Made by a program: the position numbers and the translations under genes. A model generated the notes under the pieces. It was not told the origin of the DNA and did no database searches. It was given only the letters and a program-made list of their open reading frames with translations. A stretch of 62,558 nt of DNA, the filler included, from Choristocarpus tenellus KU-1152 (taxonomy: Eukaryota; Protista; Phaeophyceae): assembly GCA_964200185.2 (NCBI GenBank). It is 11 parts of 11 records of this genome, joined end to end, with 100 filler letters (N's around TTAATTAATTAA, not from the genome) between each part and the next. Parts side by side here need not be neighbours in the genome. Positions count along the whole stretch, not along the records: positions 35,885 to 45,452 come from CAXNAD020003569.1; positions 45,553 to 53,283 come from CAXNAD020005670.1; 9 more parts are not named here. One strand, given 5' to 3'. Shown piece by piece: positions 35,885 through 49,601 of this stretch (positions are counted from its first letter, which is position 1; each line of letters opens with the position of its first letter).

Positions 35885-36860
35885 CATCCAACCACCTGTT
35901 TATGGTGCTCATACTATAATTCAGCCCCTTGGCAGCCATCTTCATTGTCACCTGACACAATATGGATGACCAATTATCGGAGTTGATACTATTTTTTACA
36001 GCCATCTTGGTCGGTATGAGCTCCAAAGGCCTACCACTACGTGCCGCCGCCCCTAGGTTAAGCGTGTGGCCACGGATGAGCTGATCAGACACATCCTCCC
36101 AGAGCCCTCGCATGTAACCCTCCGATACTCCAAACTCCGCTGTGAGGGCCTGTCCAACGTGTCGTGGCAGTTTATGCTCACCAGGGACCATCACGAGGGT
36201 GTGCCGCACTGCAACGCAACCCTGGCATTCAGTGACACTTGGGCACCCTTCTTACGCGGAGTGGTTGACGGGGGGGTTGCCATGCTGATATTCTAACCCT
36301 GGACGTGCCCAGTTCTGTGTTGAAATATTCCACACTGGACCCGCAGTTAAGGTGATGAACCGTGTGCATTGGTAGAGGACAATAACTAGCTTGGTGTGAA
36401 TACATAAATCTACTTGTTACAAGGAGCTTGTGGTCTCAATTCCACTGACTGAACTTGTGGGGTGAGACAGGTGTAGACTACCATGTGGGATTTGCAATGT
36501 CCACATGGATAATGGGAAAGGAATACATCACTGTATCGTATGTACGTTGGGTAGAGCTCAACTGAAATATATGGAAACACATATCTGGATCTACCTTTCC
36601 TATTCTACTCCACTGGTGGTGTCTATAGTGTATCAACAGCACTATCCATGAACATTCTGGTCTCAAAATCACCCAAAAGACTCCTACCTTGACGGCTTGA
36701 AGCACCTGGAGTTTATACCTGATGATCCTCGACCCCCACCTTTTCTGAAAGCTGAGATTGCTAACCCGATTTCATTTTGTGGGGTTATCATCCGATTCAG
36801 CGCCGTTCTCGCTCGGTGAGCCCAGATGTTGCGCGGCACAGACTTATGACTCAGAGCCAG
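35885..36860 (-). mobile_element. Mariner element, 5' half, interrupted by a solo LTR
   Basis: Reverse homologue of 58127-58770 (MVPGEHKLPRHVG.ALTAEFG..GLNYS.STINRWLD); degenerate TIR at ~36835-36860 followed by TA. Confidence 0.85.
36318..36654. mobile_element. Solo LTR (TGTT...AACA), 5-bp TSD TTCTG, nested in mariner
   Basis: TTCTG at 36313-36317 and 36655-36659; the segment is absent from the 58127 mariner copy. Confidence 0.85.
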
Positions 36861-37678
36861 TAAAATAATATCCTTGACTCAAGCACGACAAGGTGTCATC
36901 AGATCTCTCCTTGGTCATAAAATGTAAGATGTGTCTCATAGCATGAGGAGGCCCTTTCATGAGGTCAGAATAGTTGAACTGTAGATCAAAGTCACCCTCC
37001 AAGATTAATTCATTCATCAAGAATATGTGAAGATAGTAACATCGACTGTGGAGTACATCACTACTACCCCCACTACTAATCCACGTTGCTTCAAATTGAT
37101 TGCCCTGAACAGTGTGTCTTTTGGGTAAGTGCTCAGCCACACCCATGATGTGAGTGTCCTATTTGGGTGTTGTCCTTGGACTTGGAGGATTTGAAATGGG
37201 AATCCAAAGCCAGATGATTGATGTTACTGCATTGATCAATGTGTAAGAAATACACAAGAACAAAAAGCAGCAATCCCAAGCCGCTAGCTAGCCTTCACAT
37301 ATCCACAGAAGAAGCTCTGCAGATTGCCACAAAAATGTCTTTAAAACTTTGAAGGTGTTATGAAACTGGTGCAGGGAATCTGGAACCCACACAGCAATAC
37401 ACAATGGATGCTGATTAGGCCACACAAAGAAAACTCTTGTAGAGATAAAGACAAAAAGGTAGACTAGGAGTGGTTGCTAAACAATCAATTTGATCGAGGA
37501 TGCATTCTATGACCTTATTCTCCCCACCAAAGAAGACAGATAAGAGCAAAACTAATGCTGTTAGCAAGCAACTCCATGAAACACACACTATCCTCTATCC
37601 ACCAGATCACATTTCTTCACAAGCTATGTGTACGTTCCTCATGAAGCCCTCCTTAAACACTCAGTACATGCATACAGA

Positions 37679-38045
37679 GTGTCCTCATTTCTCAGCATTT
37701 CATGGAAGCTGCAGTCTCCATGATTTTGTTGGGTTCAAACCCCGTTGACACCAGAATTGTCTTCAGGGAAATCTGGTCTGATTGTCCGAGGTCCATGTGC
37801 CAAGCCCTCATTATTGCACACCTTCACTATTCTATCCGCCACTATACCACAAAAACGCCAAACCGAAAACTAGTGGATAGGTTTCATTGTCAAACAACAC
37901 CAACGCCTGTCCAGCACAAGATTCGAGGGAGGAGGTGGAACAATCAGTGTCGTCAGGATGTCTAAACTCAACACACGAGAAGCAAGGCACAAATAGAGGC
38001 AGTACAAATAGTCATGGTGCTACAACCGATAAATACAATGGTAGC
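37679..38045 (+). mobile_element. Repeat family D (possible tRNA-derived SINE), copy 2
   Basis: B-box/T-arm-like GGGTTCAAACCCC followed by GTTGACACCA at ~37731-37753; homologous to 31552-31953. Confidence 0.5.
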
Positions 38046-39073
38046 TAGAATGAGAAATAGTGGAGTGTGCAGTGCCTCTAACCAGGAGTCTGGATAGTCC
38101 CAAAACTGAAGTGAAAACAATATTAATAATTGTAATAATAAGAAATAGTCTAAAAATATAAATCTATACGTAAGTACGTATCTATGGGGCCTAACACATT
38201 TGATAAGGTATTACTATCAATGTGATGGCCTAATTTGACAGAAAGGAACAGTACACAATGATGTCAAATTGAAACCTTCGTGACTGTTCTCAAGTTATGA
38301 ATCGATTGAGTTCAACAATAGATAGCTGAGATGACGACATGGGCAGGCCTATGTAGACAACTTCAGTACCGCAGGTAGTAGGGTTTCAACAACTTCAAAC
38401 TACTACGAAGTAGGAGAGATAATAGGATAGAGATCTGGCAAATGCAAACTGCCACAAATCAGGAGGAGGGGCCTGTGCAATAGTTCACAGACTATGGGAA
38501 ACATATCAAGTTTCACCCCACAACCTGAAGTTCTCAAACTCGTTTGTCCTAGCTCTCGGTTTTGAGAACCTACAATGGTTGATCTCATATTCATCAATGA
38601 CCGCATCAAGCAGGTGTGGTACCTGAAATCATAGGTGGAGTGATGGGCAGAAAGTGGACAAGGTCAGTCATCATTAGACTCTCAAATTACACAGATAGGG
38701 GGACAAGTCTTGAAAAGAGGAATACACAACAACTGATGTTAAACCCCACATATAACATCAAGTCAATACTAGCCACACCATTACCCTTAAACCTACCCTA
38801 CTCTCTCAGATTCGAATTAAACAAGAGGCACCCAGGTTTTGTTCATATTGCATAGTCAGTGATTTTTTCATGTTTTGCAATTCACCCATATTTCCAAGGA
38901 TGAAGTTATCAGATTGACTTGAGAGTGTTTTTCTAATTGAAATTTTTCACAGAACACAAAAAAATTCCAACACGCAGTTGTTTAATAAGCCGAATTTTGA
39001 AAATTTGTCAGTATCGATAAAATACAAGCCAGGGCACCTCTTGTTTACTTCGCCTCTCAACCACCAAGAGTAG

Positions 39074-39254
39074 GGTTCAAAGTATCTGGGGGGGTGTGGC
39101 GGCTGTCCATTTGGGGTCAACTTTTTCATGTCGCAATTTTTGGGAAGATTTTGTTGCATAACATCGGATGGATAATGTAAGCGCACCTTTTCTGGTTTTG
39201 GTTCAAATGGACACCCTGGTGTAGACAAAAAAAAAACCACAGATATTTTGTGTC
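39074..39254 (+). mobile_element. MITE family B1, full length, right TIR decayed
   Basis: GGTTCAAAGTATCTGGG...CAGATATTTTGTGTC; no clean TSD. Confidence 0.85.
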
Positions 39255-39439
39255 CAGTGCTAGCTTACAATATTTCAATGAGTCAATTAGTTCACTATTT
39301 TCTTGCAGTACAAACTCTGCATGTAAACTCCGATCCAATGGAGTACTCCATAGGGACACTAAACTTTCTTAGCATTCTGGTTGATATCCATGAAATGTCT
39401 TGAGTCAAAATACTAAGGATTTTGGCAAAGTGAATCAGG

Positions 39440-39615
39440 TTAGAGTTTACCCTCTTTTTGGCTCATTTTCTTAGCACGGAAGTATAGGGACCCCCTCAAA
39501 AGACTTTCCCTGATGCTGCTGACTGCCTCGGTAGCTGGCCTGGTCATCACGACTTGATTGCGCCGTCTCTCGTGCACATGCACTCTGTAAACTATGCCAA
39601 AGCTGGGCTGGCAAT

Positions 39616-39672
<57 letters not shown>

Positions 39673-41878
39673 CCCTTGAGTTTAGGCACACACTTCATTC
39701 TGGCAACAGTTACACCTATCAACAGTCTCGCTCATAGGAAGAACTACACATGTCATCATTAATCTCTAGATGGCTGGTATTGGGCAAGGCATGCATGCCA
39801 GGACGAAAGGATCAACTACACACCTTCAGCATGGCAATAGGATTCACCATTCGTACCTTTCATCCCACTACCCTTACACAGTGCCCAAAGAACTCAAACC
39901 AGTTGTATGCACAGAACGTTTTCCTACACAATTCTTCGAGTCCAACAAAAGTACAGTATCCCGAGACTCTTACCCTTGTCTTGGGCACAAGGAGAGGCAG
40001 GACATCAGTCTTGATCAGACTCACAACCTTCACAAGTGCTGCATCATAACGGCGCTGCAATTCGTACCCAGTGACCTACCAATAGCAGGTAGGTTGAGAG
40101 AATTGAGGAAAGTTACAGGTCTGTTGTGGACATGTTTCCGCTACTATTGCAAGGTAGGCATTCCCAAGATAGGAGTAACCACTCTAGTCACTCCCCGAGG
40201 CGTAGGTAGACATCACAACTGATACTTCACATGATGGTATCCACAAGGTGCCAGACAACAGCAGAGCATAATCCAGCATTCATCAACTCGATTCCTTTAT
40301 TGCTCTTACAATTGTTGATCTGTTGCAACAATTACCGTTGTAGACTCTTGGGGCATAGGTGTTTCTACCCATACAAAAAGACCAGGATTATGGTACAGCA
40401 TCACCCAGTCATCTCCATTGGTACAACACAAGGGCACTAAATGGATGAGTTAGCACTTTATCAAAACTAGAGAGCTAAGCAGTGATCGCTTGTAACACCT
40501 TCATGAAAAAGGGCTTAACAGAGTTCATCACCAAGAAGAGCCCGTGTGGGAGATAGAAATCCATGACCAATACAACAACTGCATCACATTACCCAGTTTG
40601 ATATCCACATGGCCCCAGATTAGTCACTTGTATACAATAGCAGAAGCTCTCACTTTGTAACAATAAAAAACAGAATTCTATCCAATGGTAACAACAAAAC
40701 AATCAACATAAATTCGATTGGCCATACCCCACCCATCCACTCGTACATTGCATGTATCATCTACCCTGCTCACCATCAAGAACCCTTCCAACACAGGGCC
40801 AGTTGGGAGTGGCAGGGGGGACCCTTTCTCAATGTATGTTCCAAGTGCATTGATGAAACGTGCCAGCCATCGCCATCCTTCTGCCAAGGGCATGGGATGC
40901 TCTGAAGGTGAAGAGCCTCCTCCCCCAGGAGGAGTCTGGTCAACACAAGGCAGATGAGAGCACCAGTGGGGAGATAGGGACTAGGTTAGAGACAAAAAAT
41001 GTCATGACCTAACAATACCACTCTGTGCACATCATTCTGGCGAATTGCTTTCATCAATATCCAGGACATTTAAGGAAAGGGTTTCCTTGAAGAAAGGGTA
41101 TCTTTGTTGGTAAATTGGAACTCTTTTAGGGCGACCTTTCACGCTTGTGCTGGTAATTTTGTTCTAGGCTCTGAAAAGGAATGAAAACATGGAAAAATAT
41201 TTATGGTGTAAACAAGCCGCCAAGAGGCTCTTCGATGTCAGCAACACTTGGTGCATACTGTGAATAGGGATCTTGACACTAAGTGGTATGACAAAGGAGA
41301 AAAATCAAATTACCTTGCAACATGCTGTTGCATAGTAAAGGAAAAGGGTCCAAAGTTTGCCCTTGCAATTTTTACTCAAAATCTGGTTCCGCATCAGTGC
41401 TATCATAGTAGTATTAACAATAGTCTTGGGATATAGTGGCTATTGTAACATGGTAAGGTGGAGTACCACTACCAAGGCTCAACAACAGCCCTCTCCCCCT
41501 GTTGCAACTTGAAGTGACCTTTCACCCTCTGAGACTCGAAGAAGGCCTGGCATAACAGCTCATGTTACCACTGGCAAATCACCCAGCATATTGTTCACGC
41601 ACACAAGACAAAGAAATTGTCGGAGTAAGCACTCATCCCATTTCCAACTCCCCAAGCCTCCTACCTCTAGCCTTGTGAACCCCTCCCCTCCAACAATACA
41701 ACAACCCCAGCACATACGCGCCTGCATTATGGCACCCATGAGCACAATGAGGGATTTCATTCGCTTTGTAAAAGCCTCAGGGTCTTCCCCGCTTGCCATT
41801 CCGAATGCTGCCATGACCTCTTCATCACTCTTGCCAGTGGTGTCAAATGACAATATTGGCACTGCACTTGGACATCTC
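39440..41878 (-). CDS. GLE1: mRNA export factor GLE1, C-terminal exons (41878-41722, 40935-40774, 40075-39974, ~39607-39440)
   Basis: RCPSAVP..SDEEVMAAFG..EDPEAFTKRMKSLIVLMGAIMQ|..HPMPLAEGWRWLARFIN..TGPVLEGFLM|VTGYELQRRYDAALVKVVSLIKTDVLP..EGKL*, the characteristic GLE1 C-terminal motif order. The last exon is less certain. Confidence 0.88.
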
Positions 41879-44501
41879 CTGCACACAAAAATACCACCAT
41901 AATGGGATTGTCACAGAGTTTTAGACAGGGAAAGGGTGGAGGGTTGTTACTGATACCCAGGTTCAAGAAACTACCATGCAAGATATCCATTAAACATATT
42001 TAATTATTTTTGATCAACTGATGCTCCCATGTTGTTTCTACACCAATGTGTAACTTTTCTTCCACTCCGTAACACCTCTGTAGCAATACCTTTTGTCAAG
42101 TATATCTGTGGTACCAGTCCAAGACATGTGGATGACCGCCGAGGCACCATCAGTGACAAGGCAGACACCATTGTCAAAGTCGGGAGATTGATCCAACATA
42201 CACAATTGTGTCCCTAAAAAGTACCTACAACAGCTCCATGATTCAAGAGATGCACCAACTAATTGGCCTCAGGAAACAGGGGCTCAAGGTCTAAACACTT
42301 TACATCATCCTGTACAGGTCTGTCTTACAAATGGATGCCAAGCGACTCCCTCAAGATCTTGGGTGTTTGGGGAGTTCTTAGGATGCAAAAGAAGCCATGG
42401 GGCTAGGAGATGAATTGGTAGACTGACCACAACATATGGTTGGTGAGGGCGTGCACAAAACCAAAGACTGCACCAAAGCTTTGGGGTAGTTGGAGTCTGG
42501 CATTTCATAGACAACTGAAGCAAAGCAATAATTGCCAATCTCACAATCTGCAACACTAAAGTGGACACAACCACCAACACAACCTTGCTGGTGCTAGCTA
42601 AGTCCAATATTGGATCTGGAATATGATGCCACATCTTGTGGATTCGATTTTTGGTCGTAAAAAGATTCCTTCCTGAACTGTTTTATTGTCTCCTTCGGAG
42701 CTCTCAAGCTTAGAATATTTTTCTGTCAAATAGTCACTGTTCTGCGCCTGGATGGATCCCTCTGAGTGCTCCCTGTCCCAGTTGGTGATGGTGTTTGCTG
42801 TAAAGTGCCACCACTAAATAGGAGTATTCCCCTTGCATTATCAAGGGCCTACACCCTTGGCATGTCTCAAGTGTTTCGTATTCTTCCTCTACTCTCCTTT
42901 TCTTCTGTCTACATATCCCTCCTCTGATGTTACCTTTCTGATCACACATCTTTTAGATCTGACAAAACTTTGTGTTAAAAGTAGTTCTAAAAATATGGCA
43001 GTAAGGCTATCAGTAAAAGTGGCACGTGATTTTGAACTTACGGTTAAATATATTTTGCTTGTCTTCATACTCTCAAGTACATTTGGGGCTGTGCAAAAAA
43101 TTGGCATGAATATCATGACAGTGGTTGCTAGAGCTGCGTTTATGACCACATTGTGTGTAGTGGAAGACTGGAGTTACATTCCTCACCTCACACACTAGGA
43201 TCAAAATTAGTTCCTGGAAAAAATATCGGTGTGGTCACCACCTACATGGAATTTTTGACATCATGGATCCAAGTGGGGACGACAAAATGAAGAGACTGTG
43301 CTTTGAACACTACAGTCAAAAGGGAGGAAGAGCGATGAAATCAACTCTTTGTTATGTCTGTCACTTACTTGCATCCTACTCAAAACGTCATTCCACAAAA
43401 AAAAAGTTACAGCTTTCCGGCAGGGGGTCGGCTTTGTGGGTCACTGCTGTCGGACACTATTGGGGGAGTGTCAAACCCATCATCACAAAACGGAAGGGGA
43501 AGCAAAAGGCAACATCAAGTTAAACTGAGAAAGAGATCAAACTATTAATTTTGACCCAGAAATGCAAAATAGTAGTAGACCTCATAGGTGAAATGCAGAT
43601 TGATCAAGACATGCAACCAAGTGATACATTCCTTGGGTTCTTGTCAGGTTAGAAGTGGCTACACCTAGAAGAGCAGTATGATGTGTGAAGTTGAGGCCTT
43701 AACTGCAGGACCTCAGAGATGACCTAATGGAGTATGCAAATTGTGCTGCGAGCACAGCTAGTGAGACTGATGAGTGAGGTGAATTTTCATTATACAAGGC
43801 CAAGACACGGAGCAGTGATGCCAATGGAGGGTCGGGTTGTTCTCCTCCTCACGTTGAAGTGGCACAAAATATTCCTGGGCTGGAAACAAATGCTGCAGAG
43901 AGTGGAATAGAGGATGTCCGAGTACCACTGCACAGGGCAAAAACAAAGCTTGTAGAGTCTCAAGTGCCCTGGTGCAGACCAATATGAGACAGCTTCACGA
44001 CTGGTGTGTGTAATGTTACCTCTGTTCTGTATACCAACAAACTTCACAATGTCAAACTGCAGGGACATGACTTCATGCCCCAAATAACATCGCAAGTCAT
44101 CAGCAACACACAGAATACACCAGGTAAAAACAATTTCTTTCTGAGTCTTTTTTGTAAAGCTTTAGGGGAGGTCAGATCATAAAATGACAAGCACATCAAC
44201 TGTGAAATAATGTGCATCAAAATATGGCGGTTCAATGTTAATATATCAAAAGTGGGACCATGACTGCACTAGTACCAAAAAGCAAAAAGATGTATCATCG
44301 ATGATCACTCCATTCAACTTGACAACCGCACTAAATTAAATCTAAAGAACATAAAATGTATTTGGTTCTGTCTTCCAGATTGTTCCAATAGACTTGATAG
44401 GAACATGACATATTCTTACGTCATATTTCCCATGTTTTTCTCTTTTACTCCCCGTGTCACTGGGAAAAGGATGCGAACTAAAGAACCAACGCCTCGAAAA
44501 G

Positions 44502-44602
44502 AAGTACTGTATACTTCACAAAAGTACTGCATACTTCACAAAAGTACTGCATACTTCACAAAAGTACTGCATACTTCACAAAAGAAGTACTGCATACTTC
44601 AC
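44502..44602. repeat. 20-bp minisatellite (AAGTACTGCATACTTCACAA) x5
   Basis: Head-to-tail units, no spacers. Confidence 0.92.
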
Positions 44603-45437
44603 GGCAAAATTAAAATACTACACAGGATATTAAGACATCATTGAAATCAATAAGTGCTTACATGAGCGGGGTAACGTGGTAATTCCTGCGCACAGGCAAA
44701 GGAGACTGAGGACAATGACAAAGGAAGATATTCAGAGGGGGGGGGTGCCATTTCGGACTTTACATCGCTCCTAGCAACTTCATGAGCACAACGTTTTCAC
44801 ACACCGAGTGTGCTCACAAACCACAATAAAAATAGTTGTGAGCTCCAATATTATCAGAATGGTACGAGTCAATCTGATGGGTAAGCCCTTTCACATGAGC
44901 AGAACAAAGGCAAGGAAGACAAAGGGTGTTACCTTAACAGTGGCAACATAAAACGGAGGTAAAGGTTTAGTATATCACCCAGCAGGAGAAAAGAAGTGTG
45001 TCTTGGAAAAAAAAACGACCAAATCCTTTGAGTCAAGGGCTATACGTGGGCAGGAGACAGCAAAATGTAGCTACAGCCTTGATCTCTGTGGCAAATGGAA
45101 ATTAAGGGAACTGGCAGACGAGCGGTGGCAGGGGGGCACCCGAGTGTGTTACAGTAGGTCAGGGCCTAAAGTAATCCATGAAAAAGTGGTGATACCTTAA
45201 CTGTTGCTGTAGGCAGGGGGCACTTGGCGATGGCGGAATGGATGGCTATCCGAGAAAGGTGCCTGAATGAGATGCACATGACTCATGCTGCATTAGGGGG
45301 ACACCTGCATGCACTGAAGTGGGAAATGGTGAGCTGGTTGCCGCTTGAGTCTGAAAATCAAACTCTCTTCTTCAAGGAGGGAACCACCCACATGTTCAAC
45401 GTGGACAAGAGCCAACAGTTATCCTTGTACCAATTAC

Positions 45438-45452
45438 GGATCAAAGTATCTG
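45438..45452 (+). mobile_element. MITE family B left TIR at contig end
   Basis: GGATCAAAGTATCTG. Confidence 0.5.
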
Positions 45453-45552
45453 NNNNNNNNNNNNNNNNNNNNNNNNNNNNNNNNNNNNNNNNNNNNTTAA
45501 TTAATTAANNNNNNNNNNNNNNNNNNNNNNNNNNNNNNNNNNNNNNNNNNNN
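45453..45552. other. Artificial contig linker
   Basis: 44N-TTAATTAATTAA-44N. Confidence 0.97.
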
Positions 45553-48500
45553 GGGGGGTATATGGGTCGTGCACAATACCCCCACCTGGGCCACGATCAA
45601 CATATCCCCCCCCCTCCCCACCAATGCCACCTCCACCAGAGTTCTGCCCCCCAGAAATGCCCTGAACCCTGCCCATGTGGTCACCCTCATAACCAGCATA
45701 CCTACCACTGCCAGTGCTGGCTCTGGCACCGCCCACAACATCACCTCTTCCACCATAAGGAACTCCGACAGGGGTATCTGCACCACCTACTCTACTACCA
45801 GGACCAGGGCCAGGGCTAGGGCCATAACCACCTGCAGGGTGGGGAGCAGGCGCAACTGGTTCTACGTTTCCCCCCCTCTCATAACCACCACTCCCACCAC
45901 GTCCACTGTAGTTCTGGCTAAAGTTGCCTTCAGCTGCTGGGCCTCTAGATACATCACGTGTCCGGTGCTGGTATTGTTGAGGGGCACCGACTCCTCTCTG
46001 TGCAGGTCCTTGGCCCCCACCATTGCCCCTGCCTGGAGTGCCCCCACCATTGAAACCACCACCCCTGGGAACATTTCTTTCATACTGACTACTGTTGGGG
46101 CCACCGCGATAATCACCGGTGGAACCCTCCCTGTGCCCACTGGGTCCCCCTCGGGATACTCCATAATCAGTCTCTGCTGGACCAACCGGCCGTCTCTCAA
46201 TGCCTCCACCACCCCTACCCGCATAGGCAGGACCTATGCCGCCAGTGCCCACACCCTCACCTCTATACCCGGCTGCGAAGTCCTCATCACCATCATCAAG
46301 GAAAGGGTTTACTTCCCCTCGGAAGGCTCGGCCGCCTTCATCGTCCCCTCGATACATGCCCGCACCACCCCCCCGGTGACCCTCACCAGGATTACTGCCA
46401 CTGTATCTACTACCACCACTGTAGCGCTGCCGACCCTCTCCCCGTCCTACATCACCAATATCACGGCCACCAGACATACCGAGACCTCGTCCTACGTCTC
46501 TCCTAGGAGAGGTTCCATCATCCAGGTAAGAAGGCACATCCTGGCCACTACCCCTGGGTCTACCGCTGCCACTGTAGCCTGACCGAGGACCACTTCTTGG
46601 CCCAGCAACACTGCCTGGTCTCCGGTCATCCAATGGGCCTGACTGCCTACGTTCCATGGGACCGTCTTCGATGTCATACCTGGGGTCTAGGCCATCACCG
46701 CTCATGCCCCTGGCCCCACTCCCACGATGGGGGGGGGCACCCCGTCGGGAGAGAGTCCTGCCAGGCTCGTTGTAGATGCTTTCACCTGGATTTTCTCATA
46801 TAAATGAACAGGATAAAGTCAAACAGTATTTAAGAGGCAGAGTAGGCATTTACAATCAGAGGGCAGAAGGAAGAAAAAAACAATCGGTAGAAATAACACG
46901 AGGGAGATTCTTATCATTCATGCCAAAGACTGAAGACCAAAGTTATTATTGTTTTAATTAAGATTCCCAAAATTACAGGTCCAGGCTTCACTCCCACACA
47001 AAGCACCAGAAAGAGAAGTCTCTTGTAACTAAAATTGCTTCCTTGACCACTTCCAAGAATATACGCAGATGTACCCTCCCAGCAACAGGGCTATCTCGAC
47101 TCTAACTCCACCGTGAGAGTTCCAACAATAATTGAGCATTCGATGCAACTTCACACAATACAAACACCCCACTCACCTCTGACCCCACCTCCATAATGCT
47201 GGTCAGAATACCCATCCTCATATCCACCATCGGGGCCATATACATCATCACCATAGTCCTCATATCCTCTGGGACTAGCACCCAGCTTCTGCTCTGAACC
47301 AGGGCTATAACGTGCTGAGGTGCGACCTTGGCTCCCCATACCATTCCCCCCACCCCTGTAGCCAGAACCACGCCCGCCCCTACCACCACCACGACCACCC
47401 CTGCCGCCACTGGAGGAACGGATAATTAAGGGAGAGGCAGTGCTACCTAGGCCATCTTCTGCATACCCTGCACCAGTTGGTGAGATGGGGAGGGTTATTC
47501 TTCTCACAATTTGGAAGAAAAAATAAAATCTCCTTTTGAACAAATGCAGGAATGCATTGCATTGACACATAACAAAAAGGACAAATTGATCTTTACATAG
47601 GAGCGTCATTTGCATATGAGAGTAACACAAATGCACTAACTTGATCAAAATTTACATAAAGTTGAACTTAGCAAAGGTCATAGATACATCTTGCAGTTTA
47701 TATGAATAGACCAAAGTAGTGCAGGGCAACACTTGAGGAGGGTGGAGCTTCACAAAAATAGTTGGCAATTCACTGATGAGGAATTCCCAAGCAGTGAGGA
47801 ACGGGTTTATGCCTTGGTTTCTCCCAGCAGGCACAATTCTGCCTCTGCAAGAACGGAGACCACATTTTGGACAGACTTTGCAACCGTAACAGCCTGGTAC
47901 GAAGCTTGGGTGTGGTTACTAAATTTACACCTCTAAGGAATAAAATTTGAGAAACATACACATGATATGAGACAACACAGTGCAGGACAAAGGAAACAGA
48001 TAGGTGCACCAAATTATGACAACAAGATCGTAGGTTGAAACTGAATATGGCGCAAGTTTCCCCTCTCAACTCTGGCTCACCCTGTCCCCTTTCATGAAGG
48101 TCGGCAATACCACGATACATGGCACTACCCCTTCCTTTGCCACCCATGTGGTGAGACTCTCTTCCTCCATAGCTGCGGTTTACAGGCATCGGGGCAGCCA
48201 TGGGCTGACCGGGGCCAACCACGCTGTTCCCGCCACGACCCAAGTTGTACCCGCTGTCGTAACCGCGCCCTGATCCACGACCTTCTATTGCACGATTACC
48301 ACGACCGGGACCACGGCCACCGATATTGCCACGTCCAGTCCCACGTCCACCACGGCCTCGACCAGAGCGGGGACTCAACCCAGGAGAGAAGTGTTCTCTG
48401 CCTCCGCCAGGGTCGGAGCGTACATCCATATCGTTCCCAGTCATGAGAGGCTTTCGAGAGTTTTGAGTCTCCCCACGATCAATTGCGTTATTTACCTGAA

Positions 48501-49068
48501 GCTCACGGCCGTGGAACTCGCGGCCGTTGAACTGGGCAATGGCTCGATCGGCTCCTTGCTGATTCTCAAAAGTAACGAAGGCGATTCCCCGTGGGGTGCC
48601 GTCTCTCTGTTTAATGATGCGATGCCAGACAATATTCCCACACGTACTGAATGATTGTACAAGGACATCCTCCGTAACTTTGTAGTGTAGATTACCTATA
48701 AAGAGCTTCACTTGTCCAGGTTCAGTGGGGGGAGGCGCGTTGTCTGGATGCGACCTTGCACTCTTGTCACTGTGATGTAGAGGCACGGGGAGGGAAGCAT
48801 TTGCATGTCCTGAGAATATGAATACTACGGAAACATTGGCATGACGAAGGCTATGGAATCTAGCTAGGAATGTTTACGACGACTCAGGGTAATCGGAGAC
48901 TCACTGTTTCTCATCGAGAGATGCCGTTCTTGGGCGCTTTCTGTCCTCTCGCCCAGGTGTACCGCCGTTTCTCTTTGCATTCACACCATTATTTGGAGGT
49001 CCTCCCTTCATCTGTACATTTTGGGGGGATGAGTCACTTTTGTTCACCACCCCACAATTGTAGCGCAT
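45553..49068 (-). CDS. RRM-domain, RGG/Gly-Tyr-rich RNA-binding protein (exons ~49068-48905, 48769-48081, 47467-47177, 46785-45553; 3' end cut by contig)
   Basis: RNP2 LFIGNL and RNP1 RGIAFVTF, then A..A..FNGREFHGRELQVNNA; GT-AG junctions with consistent phases (2, 1, 1); more than 600 aa of RGG/GY low-complexity tail. The start codon is uncertain. Confidence 0.88.
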
Positions 49069-49601
49069 CTCCCGCCACCCGATACCTTCAGATGAGTATT
49101 ACTCTGCTAAAAAACTTAGGCATACCTCAACCCATAAAAACAGCTTACCATCGAAGTAACACTAGCCTGCAGACTGTCCATACACTGAACAAGTTCCTGG
49201 AAGAGACTTTCCTCCAAACTGCACTCTTTGCCTCCAATTCTTCCTCAGTTCTGTTTAATGTGTTCCTTGGACTTCACATAGGGAAGTGAGGCAGAAAAGG
49301 CCTTCCAAACAAAGATAAAAACTTTTAAAATCGGACTAAAGCGCAACAACAACCAGGAAGAGGATTTCGCTGCCCAAAATAGATCAACACAATCCCAGGG
49401 CTTCATCCCCATAGGTTAAGTGCCCTTATCCTTTTTATTTCACCAATGATTACATTTTCAAAGTCTATCATCTCGTTCTCAGCTTGAGCCTTCCTGAACC
49501 CAATCTCAACTCCCTCAGGCAATCCAACCCTCACAGGTCCCCCCATTTCCACCCCTCACCCAACATTGCCACACTCCTTCCCTACCCTTAGCAACTCAAT
49601 C

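Noticed and set aside
42300-43380. Very degenerate transposase hints (CARPH, PKNSPN; Cys-rich stretch)
   Set aside because: Motifs are too short, on different strands, and have no TIR or TSD.
45569-46582. 337-aa Thr-rich plus-strand ORF (also 1917-2432, 8869-9474, 49631-50233)
   Set aside because: Antisense or alternative-frame shadows of GC-rich real exons; no independent splice or domain support.
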